Made by a program: the position numbers and the translations under genes
In this document: piece by piece, positions 48,311 to 57,727 of the stretch
Numbering within the stretch: the first letter of the stretch is position 1
Layout of the letters: the number at the start of each line of letters is the position of its first letter
From: Candidatus Tepidifontimicrobium thermophilum
Lineage (GTDB): Bacteria > Sysuimicrobiota > Sysuimicrobiia > Sysuimicrobiales > Sysuimicrobiaceae
Assembly (NCBI GenBank): GCA_031459915.1
Contig: JAVKHO010000003.1
Coordinates: forward strand, 32,001-96,000
Reading direction: 5' to 3'
Length of the DNA stretch: 64,000 bases
Notes under the pieces: generated by a model
Databases searched by the model: none
What the model was told of the DNA's origin: nothing
What the model saw: only the letters and a program-made list of their open reading frames with translations

Positions 48311-48329
48311 AGGTATGCTGTATACAGTA
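48311..48329. promoter_or_regulatory. Putative GntR operator matching 42504-42522
   Basis: AGGTATGCTGTATACAGTA, 16/19 identical to AGGTATTCGGTATACGGTA; contains palindrome CTGTATACAG. Confidence 0.65.
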
Positions 48330-48357
48330 CACCAGATCCAGGTCTTGGAGGCACGTC

Positions 48358-49737
48358 GTGGGGCTGACCGCTGAGATCGCGCGCTTCGTGCTGGAGAACC
48401 CTCCGATTCCCGATTCGGTGCTGGAAAGGGCCACCCGCCACCTGGTGGACGGGGTGGCGGTCATGCTGGCGGGCGCGGCCGCAGAGTCCGGCCGGATCTC
48501 CCGCGAGCACCTGCGAGAGCTAGGCGGCAAGCCTCAGGCCGTCGTGGTGGGCTCGAGGCTGCGGGCACCCTTGCAACTGGCCGCGTGGGCTAACGGTACC
48601 GCGGCCCACGCCCTGGACTACGACGACACCCAGCTGGCCACCGACCCGCGGAGCGTCTACGGCCTCCTCACCCACCCCACCGCACCGGTCCTGCCGGCCG
48701 CCCTCGCCGCGGCGGAGTATGTGGGAGCTTCGGGGGCGGAGTTCCTGGACGCGTACGTGGTGGGCGTGGAGGTGGCCTGCAGGACCGCGGACGCGGTGGA
48801 CCCGCGGCACTACCGCGACGGGTTCCACTCCACGGGTACCCTGGGCACCTTCGGGGCCTGCGCGGCCGCGGCGCGGCTTGTCCGGTGCGACCTGGACCAG
48901 ACCCTTCGGGCGTTCGGTCTGGCCGCCAGCATGGCTGCAGGCCTCCGGGAGAACTTTGGCACCATGACCAAACCCTTCCACGCGGGCCGCGCGGCGGAGA
49001 ACGGGGTGCTGGCGGTGCTGCTAGCCCGGCGCGGCTGGACCGCGGCCACCAACATCCTGGAGGCCAAGCGCGGCTTCTACAGCGCCGCCGCGGGCGGCTA
49101 CGACGCCTCGAAGATCGAGGGGAGGCTGGGGAACCCCTACTTCTTCGAAAGTCCCGGGATCTCCATCAAGCCGTACCCGTCCGGGTCGCTGTCCCACCCG
49201 GCGCAGGACGTCCTGCTGGAGCTGGTCCGGGAGCACGAGGTGCGGCCCGAGGACGTGGAGCGCATTGAGGTCGGGGTGAATTCCCACGTGCCCAACGCCC
49301 TCATCCACACGAGGCCGCAGACGGCCCTGGAGGCCAAGTTCAGCCTGCAGTTCCAGATGGCCGTGGGGGTGGTGGACCGGCGGGCCGGACTGGCGCAGTT
49401 CACGGACGACCGGGTCCGGGACCCGCAGGTGCGGGCGCTCATGGAACGGGTGCACGTGTACGTGGACCCTGAGATCGAGGCCCTGGGGTACAACGAGATG
49501 CGCATGAAGGTGGCGATCCACCTCCGTGACGGCCGCGTTCTCTCAGGTCGGGCGGACATGGCCCGCGGACACCCGCGCAAACCCCTGTCCCGCCAGGAGG
49601 TGTCGGAAAAGTTCCTGGAGTGCGCGGCTCTGGTCATGCCGCCGGAGCGGGCGCGCCGGCTGCTGGACGCCCTGTGGAACGTCCGGGGACACTCCGTGGC
49701 AGACCTGGTGCCCCTGCTGGAGGGTGAGGCCCCGTGA
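48358..49737 (+). CDS. MmgE/PrpD family protein
   Basis: NGTAAHALDYDDT, HP..PV, GFH.TG, GTMTKP.HAG, KPYP, AKFS. Confidence 0.92.
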   Translation: MGLTAEIARFVLENPPIPDSVLERATRHLVDGVAVMLAGAAAESGRISREHLRELGGKPQAVVVGSRLRAPLQLAAWANGTAAHALDYDDTQLATDPRSVYGLLTHPTAPVLPAALAAAEYVGASGAEFLDAYVVGVEVACRTADAVDPRHYRDGFHSTGTLGTFGACAAAARLVRCDLDQTLRAFGLAASMAAGLRENFGTMTKPFHAGRAAENGVLAVLLARRGWTAATNILEAKRGFYSAAAGGYDASKIEGRLGNPYFFESPGISIKPYPSGSLSHPAQDVLLELVREHEVRPEDVERIEVGVNSHVPNALIHTRPQTALEAKFSLQFQMAVGVVDRRAGLAQFTDDRVRDPQVRALMERVHVYVDPEIEALGYNEMRMKVAIHLRDGRVLSGRADMARGHPRKPLSRQEVSEKFLECAALVMPPERARRLLDALWNVRGHSVADLVPLLEGEAP

Positions 49738-50792
49738 GGACGTACCGCATCGCGGTGATCCCGGGGGACGGCATCGGCCGAGAGGTGGTCCCGGAAGGCG
49801 TGCGGGTGCTGCAGGCCGCGGCGCGCCGGTTTGGCTTCAGCGTGGACACAGTGGAGTTCCCGTGGGGGTGTGGGTACTACCTCCAGCACGGGGCGATGAT
49901 GCCCTCCGACGGCCTCGAGCAGCTCCGGGCCTTCGACGCTATCCTCCTCGGTGCCGTGGGCGACCCTCGCGTCCCCGACCACGTGTCCCTGTGGGGCCTG
50001 CTGCTGCGGATCCGCAAGGGCTTCGACCTTTATGTGAATTTGCGCCCTGTACGGCTGCTGGAGGGAGTGCCCGGCCCGCTGGCGGGGCGCGGGCCCGCCG
50101 ACGTGGACATGGTGTTCGTTCGGGAGAACACGGAGGGCGAGTACGCGGGCGTGGGAGGCCGCGTGGGGGAGGGGACGCCGGACGAGGTCGCCTTGCAGAC
50201 CGCCGTGTACACCCGCCGCGGGACCGAACGCATCCTCCGCTATGCCTTCCAGCTGGCCCAGCGACGCCGGCGGCGTCTGGCGTCTGTCACCAAGTCCAAC
50301 GCCCTGCAGTACACCGCGGTCCTCTGGGACGAGGTCACGGAGCGGGTGGCCCGCGACTACCCGGAGGTAGAGGTCTGGCGGCTGCACGTGGACGCGGCGG
50401 CGTACCATATGGTGCTCAACCCCCAGCGCTTCGACGTGGTGGTGGGTTCCAATCTGTACGCGGACATCCTCACGGACCTGGGGGCAGCCCTGCAGGGGAG
50501 CCTGGGGTTGGCCGCCAGTGCCAACCTGGACCCTACCCGGCGGTCCCCGTCTCTGTTCGAGCCCGTCCACGGCTCGGCGCCGGACATCGCGGGACGGGGC
50601 GTCGCTAACCCCTTGGCCACCTTCTGGTCGGTGTCCCTGATGCTGGATCACCTGGGGGAAGCGGAGGCCTCGGCGGCGGTGTTGGACGCCGTCCGCAGGG
50701 TCGTGCGGGAACCCGACGTGCGCCCACCTGACCTGGGCGGGCGGGCGAGCACGCGCCAGGTCACGGAGGCCGTCCTGGAGGTCCTTCGGTGA
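49734..50792 (+). CDS. Tartrate dehydrogenase/D-malate dehydrogenase-like beta-hydroxyacid oxidative decarboxylase
   Basis: IPGDGIG.EV, VPDHVSLWGLL, RENTEGEY, TKSNA, FEPVHGSAPDIAG. Confidence 0.88.
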   Translation: MRTYRIAVIPGDGIGREVVPEGVRVLQAAARRFGFSVDTVEFPWGCGYYLQHGAMMPSDGLEQLRAFDAILLGAVGDPRVPDHVSLWGLLLRIRKGFDLYVNLRPVRLLEGVPGPLAGRGPADVDMVFVRENTEGEYAGVGGRVGEGTPDEVALQTAVYTRRGTERILRYAFQLAQRRRRRLASVTKSNALQYTAVLWDEVTERVARDYPEVEVWRLHVDAAAYHMVLNPQRFDVVVGSNLYADILTDLGAALQGSLGLAASANLDPTRRSPSLFEPVHGSAPDIAGRGVANPLATFWSVSLMLDHLGEAEASAAVLDAVRRVVREPDVRPPDLGGRASTRQVTEAVLEVLR

Positions 50793-51460
50793 ACAGCAGC
50801 CTGCTGGTGGAGACGCGTCCGACCCGGGAGCGGGTGCTGGAGAAGCTGCGCGAGGCGATCCTGTCCGGTCGGTTCCAGCCCGGCGAGCGGCTGGTGGAGC
50901 GGGAGCTGGTGGAGCTGCTGGGAGTGAGTCGCACGCCGATCCGGGAAGCGCTGCGCAAGTTGGAACTGGAAGGGCTTGTCACCACGGTCCCGTACCGGGG
51001 CCCGGTGGTGACGCGGCCGACCCTCCAGGACGCCCAGCAGCTGTACGAAGTCCGGGCGGCCTTGGAGGGACAGGCCACGCGGCTGCTGGCGGCCCGGGCG
51101 CAGGCGGAGGACGTGGCGTGCCTCGAGCGCTGCGTGCAGGAAGCGGAGGAGGCAGTCCAGGCGGGCGACGTACGGGCGGTGCTGGCGGCCAACAACACGT
51201 TCCACGACGAGCTGGCACGCCGGTGTGGCAATGCCCTGCTGGAGTCCCTGATCGACAACCTCCGCAACCGCATCATCCTGCTGCGGGTGGAGTCGCTGTC
51301 GTTGCCGGGCCGGCCGCCGCAGTCGGTAGCCGAGCACCGGGAGATCGTCGAGCAGCTTCGCGCGGGGAACCCGGACGGGGCCCGTGAGGCCATGGAACGG
51401 CACATCCTGCGGGCGTGGGAGGCAGCCCGGCGACAGCTCGCGGAGGAGGGTAACCGGTGA
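50789..51460 (+). CDS. GntR family regulator (FCD domain)
   Basis: LREAILSG...PGERL.E, GVSRTPIREAL, N..FH, EH..I. Confidence 0.93.
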   Translation: MNSSLLVETRPTRERVLEKLREAILSGRFQPGERLVERELVELLGVSRTPIREALRKLELEGLVTTVPYRGPVVTRPTLQDAQQLYEVRAALEGQATRLLAARAQAEDVACLERCVQEAEEAVQAGDVRAVLAANNTFHDELARRCGNALLESLIDNLRNRIILLRVESLSLPGRPPQSVAEHREIVEQLRAGNPDGAREAMERHILRAWEAARRQLAEEGNR

Positions 51461-52437
51461 ACCCCAAGATGGCCATCACCGCGCGCCGCGTGTTCGAGCA
51501 GGTACTCGCCGTCCGCCCCGGGGAACGGGTGGTGATCGTGACCGACTTCGAGCGGCCCCGTACCATCACAGACCTCCTGGCCGCGACGGGGACCCTCTTG
51601 GGCTGCGACGTGGTGGTGGTGGCCATGAACGCGCGGGAGATGGGCGGCGAGGAGCCCCCGCCCGCGGTGGCCGCAGCCATGCGGGAAGCGGACGCGGTGA
51701 TCGTGCAGACCAGCCACTCCATGACCCATACGAACGCGGAGCGGGAGGCCCTGCGGGCGGGCGCCCGCGTCTGCAACGTCCGCGAGGTAGACGAGGAGAT
51801 GATGGTCCGAGGCGGCATGACCGCGGACTACGAGGTGGTGGACCGCATCACCCGTCGGGCTGTGGAGCTCCTCACCGCGGCCCGCACCGCCCGCATCACC
51901 ACTCCCGAAGGGACAGACCTGCGCATGGACCTGGACGGCCGGCCCGCGTTCGGGCTGTCGGGGTTCGCCCGGGAGCCGGGCCAGTTCTCAGGATTGCCCG
52001 ACGGCGAGGCGGCCATTGCGCCCGTGGAGGGCACCACGGAGGGGGTTCTGGTGAACCCTTACCTGATCGAGAAGGTCGGCCCGGTCCGGGAGCCGTTCCG
52101 CCTGGAGGTGGAAGACGGGCGGATCGTGCGGGTGGAGGGGGGCGTGGAAGCGCAGACCCTGCGGGAGATCCTGGAGCGCAAGGACCCTGGCGCCCGGAAC
52201 TTCGCCGCGGAGCTGGCCCTGGGCACCAACCCCGCCTGCCGGACGATTCCCAAGAGCCGGGAAGTGAAGAAGCGGCTGGGCCAGGCCCACGTGGCCCTGG
52301 GCGACAACCTGAGCCTCGCGGGTACCGTGGAGAGCAGCGTGCACCTCGACATCATCCTGCTGCGCCCCACGGTCGCCCTAGACGGAGAGGTCGTGCTGCA
52401 GGACGGAGAGCCGTTGTTCGCACGCGGACTGGTCTGA
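51457..52437 (+). CDS. Peptidase M29/aminopeptidase T-like fold protein
   Basis: PGE.VVIVTD, EPP..VAAAM, P.GTDL, LPDGE, ELALGTNP, HVALGDN, HLD. Confidence 0.75.
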   Translation: MNPKMAITARRVFEQVLAVRPGERVVIVTDFERPRTITDLLAATGTLLGCDVVVVAMNAREMGGEEPPPAVAAAMREADAVIVQTSHSMTHTNAEREALRAGARVCNVREVDEEMMVRGGMTADYEVVDRITRRAVELLTAARTARITTPEGTDLRMDLDGRPAFGLSGFAREPGQFSGLPDGEAAIAPVEGTTEGVLVNPYLIEKVGPVREPFRLEVEDGRIVRVEGGVEAQTLREILERKDPGARNFAAELALGTNPACRTIPKSREVKKRLGQAHVALGDNLSLAGTVESSVHLDIILLRPTVALDGEVVLQDGEPLFARGLV

Positions 52438-52458
52438 CGACGGAAGGGGGGATGGTCG

Positions 52459-53418
52459 ATGAAGCGGAAGGCGGTCTGGCTGTCGGTTGCGGGTGTCCTA
52501 GTGCTCGCCGTGAGCGTGGCGGCCCTGGGCCAGAGCCGCTACCCGACCAAACCGGTGGTGCTGGTGACTCACTCGAGCCCGGGGGCGGGTGGGGACATCT
52601 TCCTCCGCAACCTGGCCAAGCACCTGGAGGGCATCGTCCCAGTGCCCCTGGTGGTGGAGAACCGTCCCGGCGGCGCCTCGGCCCGCGCGGTGGCGTACGT
52701 GGCCACGAGCCCCAAGGATGGCTACGTCCTGTACGGCGCCACCCCCACCATGCTCCAGACGCCGCTGCTCACGAAGACCCAGTACTCGTACCTTGACCTC
52801 CAGCCCGTGGCCAACGTCTTCTTCGACCCCATGATCCTGTACGTGCGGGCGGAGTCTCCTTGGAAGAGCCTGAAGGACGTGGTGGACGAGGCGGCGCGCC
52901 GGCCTGGCCAGATCCGGTTCGGGGCGGCCACGCCAGGGTCCGTGGAGCACATGATCGCTTACCACCTCATGTCGGTGGCGAAGGTGAAGGTGCAGCCCGT
53001 GACCTTCGAGGGCGGGGGCGACCTACTGGTGGCCGTCCTGGGGGGCCACGTGGATCTGGGTGTGGGGGAGTACGCCGAGATCGCCTCCCAGGTACAGGCG
53101 GGCAAGGTGCGGGTGCTGAACTCCTTCACGGAGCAGCGGATCCCGGGGACCACCATCCCGACCGCGAAGGAGCTGGGCTTCCCCGTGGTGGTGGAGAAAT
53201 TCCGGGGGCTGCTGGGCCCCAAGGGCATGGACCCGGAGGCGGTGGCCTTCTGGGAGCGGGCCGTCCAGCAGGTGCTCCGCAAGCCCTCCTACCAGATGTA
53301 CTACCGGTCGGTCTACCAGGTGCCTGCGTACATGGACCACGTGCAGTACAAGCTGTACCTGGACCGGATGAACATGACCCTCCGCCGGTACCTGAAGTCC
53401 ATCGGGTTGATCCAGTAG
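52459..53418 (+). CDS. tctC: Tripartite tricarboxylate transporter binding protein (Bug/TctC)
   Basis: YP.KPV, PGAGGD...R, VENRPGG, DGY.L, GG...AVLGGHVD. Confidence 0.92.
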   Translation: MKRKAVWLSVAGVLVLAVSVAALGQSRYPTKPVVLVTHSSPGAGGDIFLRNLAKHLEGIVPVPLVVENRPGGASARAVAYVATSPKDGYVLYGATPTMLQTPLLTKTQYSYLDLQPVANVFFDPMILYVRAESPWKSLKDVVDEAARRPGQIRFGAATPGSVEHMIAYHLMSVAKVKVQPVTFEGGGDLLVAVLGGHVDLGVGEYAEIASQVQAGKVRVLNSFTEQRIPGTTIPTAKELGFPVVVEKFRGLLGPKGMDPEAVAFWERAVQQVLRKPSYQMYYRSVYQVPAYMDHVQYKLYLDRMNMTLRRYLKSIGLIQ

Positions 53419-53431
53419 TTAGGAGGGAGGG

Positions 53432-53884
53432 GTGCGCAGGGCTGACCTGGTGGCGGGCTTGAGCTTCCTGGCTGTCGCCGCAGTGTACTTTCACCAGTCC
53501 CTGTTCATCGTCCGCGGTTTCGCCAGCGACCGGCTCGGTCCCGCGTTCATGCCGAGGCTCCTCGCCGGGGCCCTGGCCCTTTTGGCCCTGGCGCTGCTGG
53601 CGCGGGCCGCCGCGGGAAGGTCGGAGGCCACTCCTCCCTCGCCGGCCCGGGTCGGGCTGCTCGCGGCCACCGTGGTCCTACTGGTGGCCTACGCCCTGGT
53701 GATGCCCAGGGCTGGGTTCCTGGTGGCGACACCGGCGTTCCTGGCGGCGGTGCTGGCCTGCCTGGGAGTCCGGGAGCCGGTTCCACTGGTCCTGGTGGCG
53801 GCGGGGGTCACCGCGGCCCTGTACGGGGTGTTCGGCCGGCTTTTAGGGGTGCTGTTGCCGCCCGGGCCGTTCGGGAGGCTGTGA
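53432..53884 (+). CDS. tctB: TctB small membrane subunit
   Basis: Four TMs, LGPAFMP, F..LLGV.LP.G; between tctC and tctA. Confidence 0.88.
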   Translation: MRRADLVAGLSFLAVAAVYFHQSLFIVRGFASDRLGPAFMPRLLAGALALLALALLARAAAGRSEATPPSPARVGLLAATVVLLVAYALVMPRAGFLVATPAFLAAVLACLGVREPVPLVLVAAGVTAALYGVFGRLLGVLLPPGPFGRL

Positions 53885-55407
53885 TGCTGGAGCGGTTCGC
53901 CCTCGGTGCGCAGGTGGCGCTGCAGCCCTACGCCCTGCTGATGACCCTGCTGGGGGTCGCCTGGGGGATCCTCGGCGGGGCGCTGCCGGGAATCTCCGGA
54001 TCCATCGCCATGGCGTTGCTCCTTCCGTTCACCTTCGGCATGGATCCCGCGGTGGCCCTCATGATGCTGGCGGGCGTGTACGTGGGCGCCATGTACGGCG
54101 GATCCATCACCGCGATCCTGATCAGCACGCCCGGCACTCCTGGTTCCGCCATCACGGTGGTGGACGGGTATGCGCTTCACCAGCGGGGACAGAGCGGCAA
54201 GGCCCTCGGGGTTTCGCTGGTGACAGGGACGGTGGGAGGGATCGCGGGCGTGTTCCTCCTCGTGGCCTTCGCCGTCCCACTATCCCGGATCGCGCTGGCG
54301 TTCGGCCCGCCGGAGTACTTCGCCTTCGGGGTCTTCGGCTTAGCCCTCATCAGCAGTTTCGTGGGCCGGGACCTGGTCAAGGGCGGGATCTCCGCGGTGC
54401 TGGGTTTGATGCTGGCCACAGTGGGGACCGACCCCTTCAGCGGGACCCCGCGGTTCACCTTCGGCAGCGTGGACCTGGTGGGAGGCGTGGCGGCCGCGGC
54501 GGGCATGATCGGCCTGTTCGCGGTGTCGGAGATCTTCTACCAGATCGCCGAGGGCGTGGACTGGGAGCGGATCCGCGGCCGGTACACCACCGCGCTGCCT
54601 TCCCTGCTGGAGCTGTGGCGGCTGCGGGTAGCCACCGTCCTTGGGATCGTCTTCGGGACCATCGAGGGCCTGCTCCCGGGCGGGGGCGGGGCCATCGCGT
54701 CGTTCATCGCTTACAACGAGGCGAAGCGGTGGTCCAAACACCCCGAGGAGTTCGGCCGGGGTTCCCTGGAGGGAGTGGCCGCACCGGAGACGGCGAACAA
54801 CGTGGTCACGGCGACGGCCCTCATCCCCCTGTTGACCTTCGGGATCCCCGGTTCCAACTCCGCAGCCATCCTCCTCGCGGGGATGATGCTCCACGGCCTG
54901 CAGCCGGGTCCGGCCCTGTTCGACCGGACCCCGCACGTGGTCTACGGGCTGTTCGTGGGGCTGCTGGTGGCCAACCTGTTCATGCTGGGGCTGGGTCTGC
55001 TGGCCCTGCGGCCGTCCATCGCCCTGGTCAATGTGCGTCGCCCCTTCCTGCTGGCCGGGATCCTGGGGCTCGTTCTGGTGGGCGCCTACTCGATCAACAA
55101 CAGCATGGTGGAGGTATGGATCGTCCTGCTGACCGGGCTGGTGGGCTACTCCATGCGCCGGTACGGCTACAACGTCCTCGCCATGGTCCTGGGGTTCGTG
55201 CTGGGCTTCATGGTGGAGGCGAACCTGCGCCGGTCCCTGCTGATCTCTCTCGGTGATCCCTGGGTGTTCTTCACGCGTCCCATTTCGGCCTTGTTGCTGG
55301 CGCTGGCGGTGTTGACCTTCGCCTGGCCCATCCTCCGGCGCATTCGGGAGGAACGCCTGTCGGTGGCCGGCGCTGAGCAGGGGCTGGCGGAAAGGGCGGC
55401 CGGTTAG
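53881..55407 (+). CDS. tctA: TctA large permease
   Basis: GALPG, YGGSI.AIL..PG, EGVAAPETANN, P.LT.GIPG. Confidence 0.93.
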   Translation: MMLERFALGAQVALQPYALLMTLLGVAWGILGGALPGISGSIAMALLLPFTFGMDPAVALMMLAGVYVGAMYGGSITAILISTPGTPGSAITVVDGYALHQRGQSGKALGVSLVTGTVGGIAGVFLLVAFAVPLSRIALAFGPPEYFAFGVFGLALISSFVGRDLVKGGISAVLGLMLATVGTDPFSGTPRFTFGSVDLVGGVAAAAGMIGLFAVSEIFYQIAEGVDWERIRGRYTTALPSLLELWRLRVATVLGIVFGTIEGLLPGGGGAIASFIAYNEAKRWSKHPEEFGRGSLEGVAAPETANNVVTATALIPLLTFGIPGSNSAAILLAGMMLHGLQPGPALFDRTPHVVYGLFVGLLVANLFMLGLGLLALRPSIALVNVRRPFLLAGILGLVLVGAYSINNSMVEVWIVLLTGLVGYSMRRYGYNVLAMVLGFVLGFMVEANLRRSLLISLGDPWVFFTRPISALLLALAVLTFAWPILRRIREERLSVAGAEQGLAERAAG

Positions 55408-55478
55408 GAGCGCGGGCGGGGCGGGGACGGAAAAGCCCCTGACCGTGCGAGGTCGCGGACGATCCCCGAGGTGGTGGA

Positions 55479-56249
55479 GTGGATCTCGGGCTGCGAGGGG
55501 AGCGCGTGCTGGTGGTGGGAGCGAGCCGGGGCGTCGGCCGCGCGGTGGCTCGGTTGCTGGCGGAGGAGGGAGCCCGACTGAGGTTGGTGGCCCGCGACGG
55601 AGAGGCGCTGGCGCGGTTGGCGGAGGAAATCCGGAAGCAGGGTGGGGAAGTGGAGTGGAGCGTCGCCGACGTGACCGACGCTGGGCAGACGGCCGCGGCC
55701 CTGCGGCAGATGTGTGGGGATGGGCTTGAGGCCGTAGTGCACGTGGCCGGAAGCGGGGTCCGGGTGCCCTTCTCGGAGGCTACGGAGGAAGTGTGGCGGG
55801 CCGCCCTCGAGTTGAACCTCCTCGCTGCCGTCCGCGTGATCCGTCTGGTCTTGCCCTGCCTGCGGGAAGGGGGCCGCATCGTGCTGCTGGGCGCGGCGTC
55901 CGGGAAGCGCCCCCACCCCGGCCAGTCGCCGTCCAACGCGGCGAAGGCAGCGTTGGCGAACCTCACCGCGAGCCTGGCTGAGGAGCTGGCCCCCCGCGTC
56001 ACGGTCAACTGCGTGGCCCCCGGACGCATCCTTACCGAACGCAGACTGCGGCGCCTGGAGGAAGCAGCGGCGCGTCGGGGGATCCCGCTGCAGGAGGCGG
56101 TGGCAGAGGATGCGGAGGACGTGCCCCTGGGCCGCCACGGGCGGCCGGAAGAGGTGGCGGCGGTGGTGGCCTTCTTGGCCTCCCCGCGGGCCAGCTACGT
56201 CACGGGCCAGACCATCGTGGTGGACGGAGGTTGGGTGAGGTCGGTGTGA
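55479..56249 (+). CDS. Short-chain dehydrogenase/reductase
   Basis: GASRGVG, VNCVAPG, PLGR.G.PEEVA, YVTGQ...VDGG; SNAAK replaces YxxxK. Confidence 0.88.
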   Translation: MDLGLRGERVLVVGASRGVGRAVARLLAEEGARLRLVARDGEALARLAEEIRKQGGEVEWSVADVTDAGQTAAALRQMCGDGLEAVVHVAGSGVRVPFSEATEEVWRAALELNLLAAVRVIRLVLPCLREGGRIVLLGAASGKRPHPGQSPSNAAKAALANLTASLAEELAPRVTVNCVAPGRILTERRLRRLEEAAARRGIPLQEAVAEDAEDVPLGRHGRPEEVAAVVAFLASPRASYVTGQTIVVDGGWVRSV

Positions 56250-56770
56250 GCGCGGAGCAGGTCCTGGCCGCAGCCCTAGTGGTGGCCGCAGGAGTCACCG
56301 GAGGACTCGTAGGGATCCGGCTGCGGCTGCCGGCGGGGGCCCTTCTGGGTGGATTGCTAGGTGCCCTCGCAGCCTTGTCCCTGGTGGCGACGCAGATCCC
56401 TCCCGTGGATCCCTCGGTGCGCCGGTGGCTGCAGATCGCGGTGGGCATCACGCTGGGCTCCCGGGTCCGGCCGGATACCCTGCCGAACGTGCGGCGCGCA
56501 TCCCGGGCGGCCTTCCTAGTGGTGCTGGCGGCGTTGGTGGGCGCGGTGGGAGGGGCGTGGCTGCTCCGCGCCTTGGCCGGACTGGAATGGGGGACCGCCC
56601 TACTGGCGGCCACCCCCGGGGGGATGCCGGAGATGGTACTGATCGCCATGGCCCTGGATCGCCCGGTAGATCTGGTGACCACGGTCCAGCTGGTGCGGGT
56701 GGTGACCACCTTGCTGGTGACCCTGCCGCTGGTGCGCCTGTGGTTACGCCGCGCGGAGGTGGACGGTTGA
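56246..56770 (+). CDS. AbrB-family (AidB-regulator type) membrane protein, first half-unit
   Basis: [10 protein letters not shown]...G..LG, ATPGG..EM, VQLVR. Confidence 0.75.
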   Translation: MSAEQVLAAALVVAAGVTGGLVGIRLRLPAGALLGGLLGALAALSLVATQIPPVDPSVRRWLQIAVGITLGSRVRPDTLPNVRRASRAAFLVVLAALVGAVGGAWLLRALAGLEWGTALLAATPGGMPEMVLIAMALDRPVDLVTTVQLVRVVTTLLVTLPLVRLWLRRAEVDG

Positions 56771-57252
56771 AGGAGCTGCTGGTGACGCTGACTGTGGGGG
56801 TGGGAGCCGGCTGGGCCGCCCTGTGGCTGGGCGTGCCGGCGGGCGGTCTGGTGGGTTCCATGGTGGCGGTGGCGGCCCTGCGCCTCGTAGGGGGGCCCGT
56901 GCGGGAGCTCTCCCTCCACGTGCGGCGTGGGGTGCAGCTGGCGGTGGGGATCATCCTGGCGGTGTCCGCCAGCTGGCACCCGGAGGTCGCACGGCGGGTG
57001 CTTTTACCGGCCCTGGGCCTCACTGCCTACCTGCTGGCTGTCTCCGCGGTCATCGCGTGGGGAGTGGGAACCGTGACGCGCTGGCCGTGGCCGGTGGCGT
57101 TCCTCAGCTCCGCACCTGCGGGCCTGACGGAAATCTCCATGGCCGCGGACGACATGGGACTGGACGCACCCTCCATCGCGTCCCTGCACGTGGCGCGGGT
57201 CATCACCGTGATCGCCTGCGTGCCGTGGCTCGTGGCGTGGGCCGCGGGGTAG
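56767..57252 (+). CDS. AbrB-family membrane protein, second half-unit
   Basis: VPAG.LVG.M, Q..VG, APAGL.E, H..RV; TTG overlaps the previous TGA. Confidence 0.75.
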   Translation: MKELLVTLTVGVGAGWAALWLGVPAGGLVGSMVAVAALRLVGGPVRELSLHVRRGVQLAVGIILAVSASWHPEVARRVLLPALGLTAYLLAVSAVIAWGVGTVTRWPWPVAFLSSAPAGLTEISMAADDMGLDAPSIASLHVARVITVIACVPWLVAWAAG

Positions 57253-57494
57253 GCCCATGGGCGCAGTCGCTGCAGCGCGTTCGGCACCGACACGCTGAGG
57301 GTCAGGCGCGGTAGGGAAGAGCTCCACCTCGCGGTTCCCCCGACCCGAGAGGCGACGAACGTCTGGGGACTGTCCAGGGTCTGGAGCCGCGCCGGGAAAA
57401 CGTGGCGGACCAGCCGGGGCCGAGTTGGTCTGCGCCGTCTGTCAGGCGTTAACCATCCGCGGGCCGGCGTGAAACCGGGCCCTGTGCGCTCCGA

Positions 57495-57569
57495 TGGTGG
57501 AGACGACCGGATTCGAACCGGCGACCCCCTGGTTGCAAACCAGGTGCTCTCCCGCTGAGCTACGTCCCC
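57495..57569 (-). tRNA. tRNA-Ala(TGC)
   Basis: GGGGACGTAGCTCAGCGGGAGAGCA-CCTGG-TTTGCAA-CCAGG...GGTTCGAATCC...CTCCACCA; G3:U70 identity pair. Confidence 0.97.
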
Positions 57570-57625
57570 AAGCCCGTCCTTTAGCATACCACCGCGCCGG
57601 ACCAACCCGGGCGCCGGTGTTGCCC

Positions 57626-57683
57626 CCGTCCCCTTGGCTCTGTCCCCCGGGACCTGTCCCCTGGGGCCCTGTCCCCCTGGGCC
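57626..57683. repeat. Four imperfect 14-15 bp tandem repeats (CYGTCCCC core)
   Basis: ccgtccccttggct / ctgtcccccgggac / ctgtcccctggggcc / ctgtccccctgggcc. Confidence 0.7.
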
Positions 57684-57727
57684 CGTCGCAGTGGTCCCGC
57701 GGCCTTTGGAGGCCTGGCATCGGTAAC

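Noticed and set aside
50805..50815. att-site duplicate of the tRNA-Ala 3' end (TGGTGGAGACG)
   Set aside because: Only 11 bp, inside a coding region, and expected by chance; no integrase
57626..57683. CRISPR array
   Set aside because: Units are only 14-15 bp with no unique spacers, and there are no cas genes
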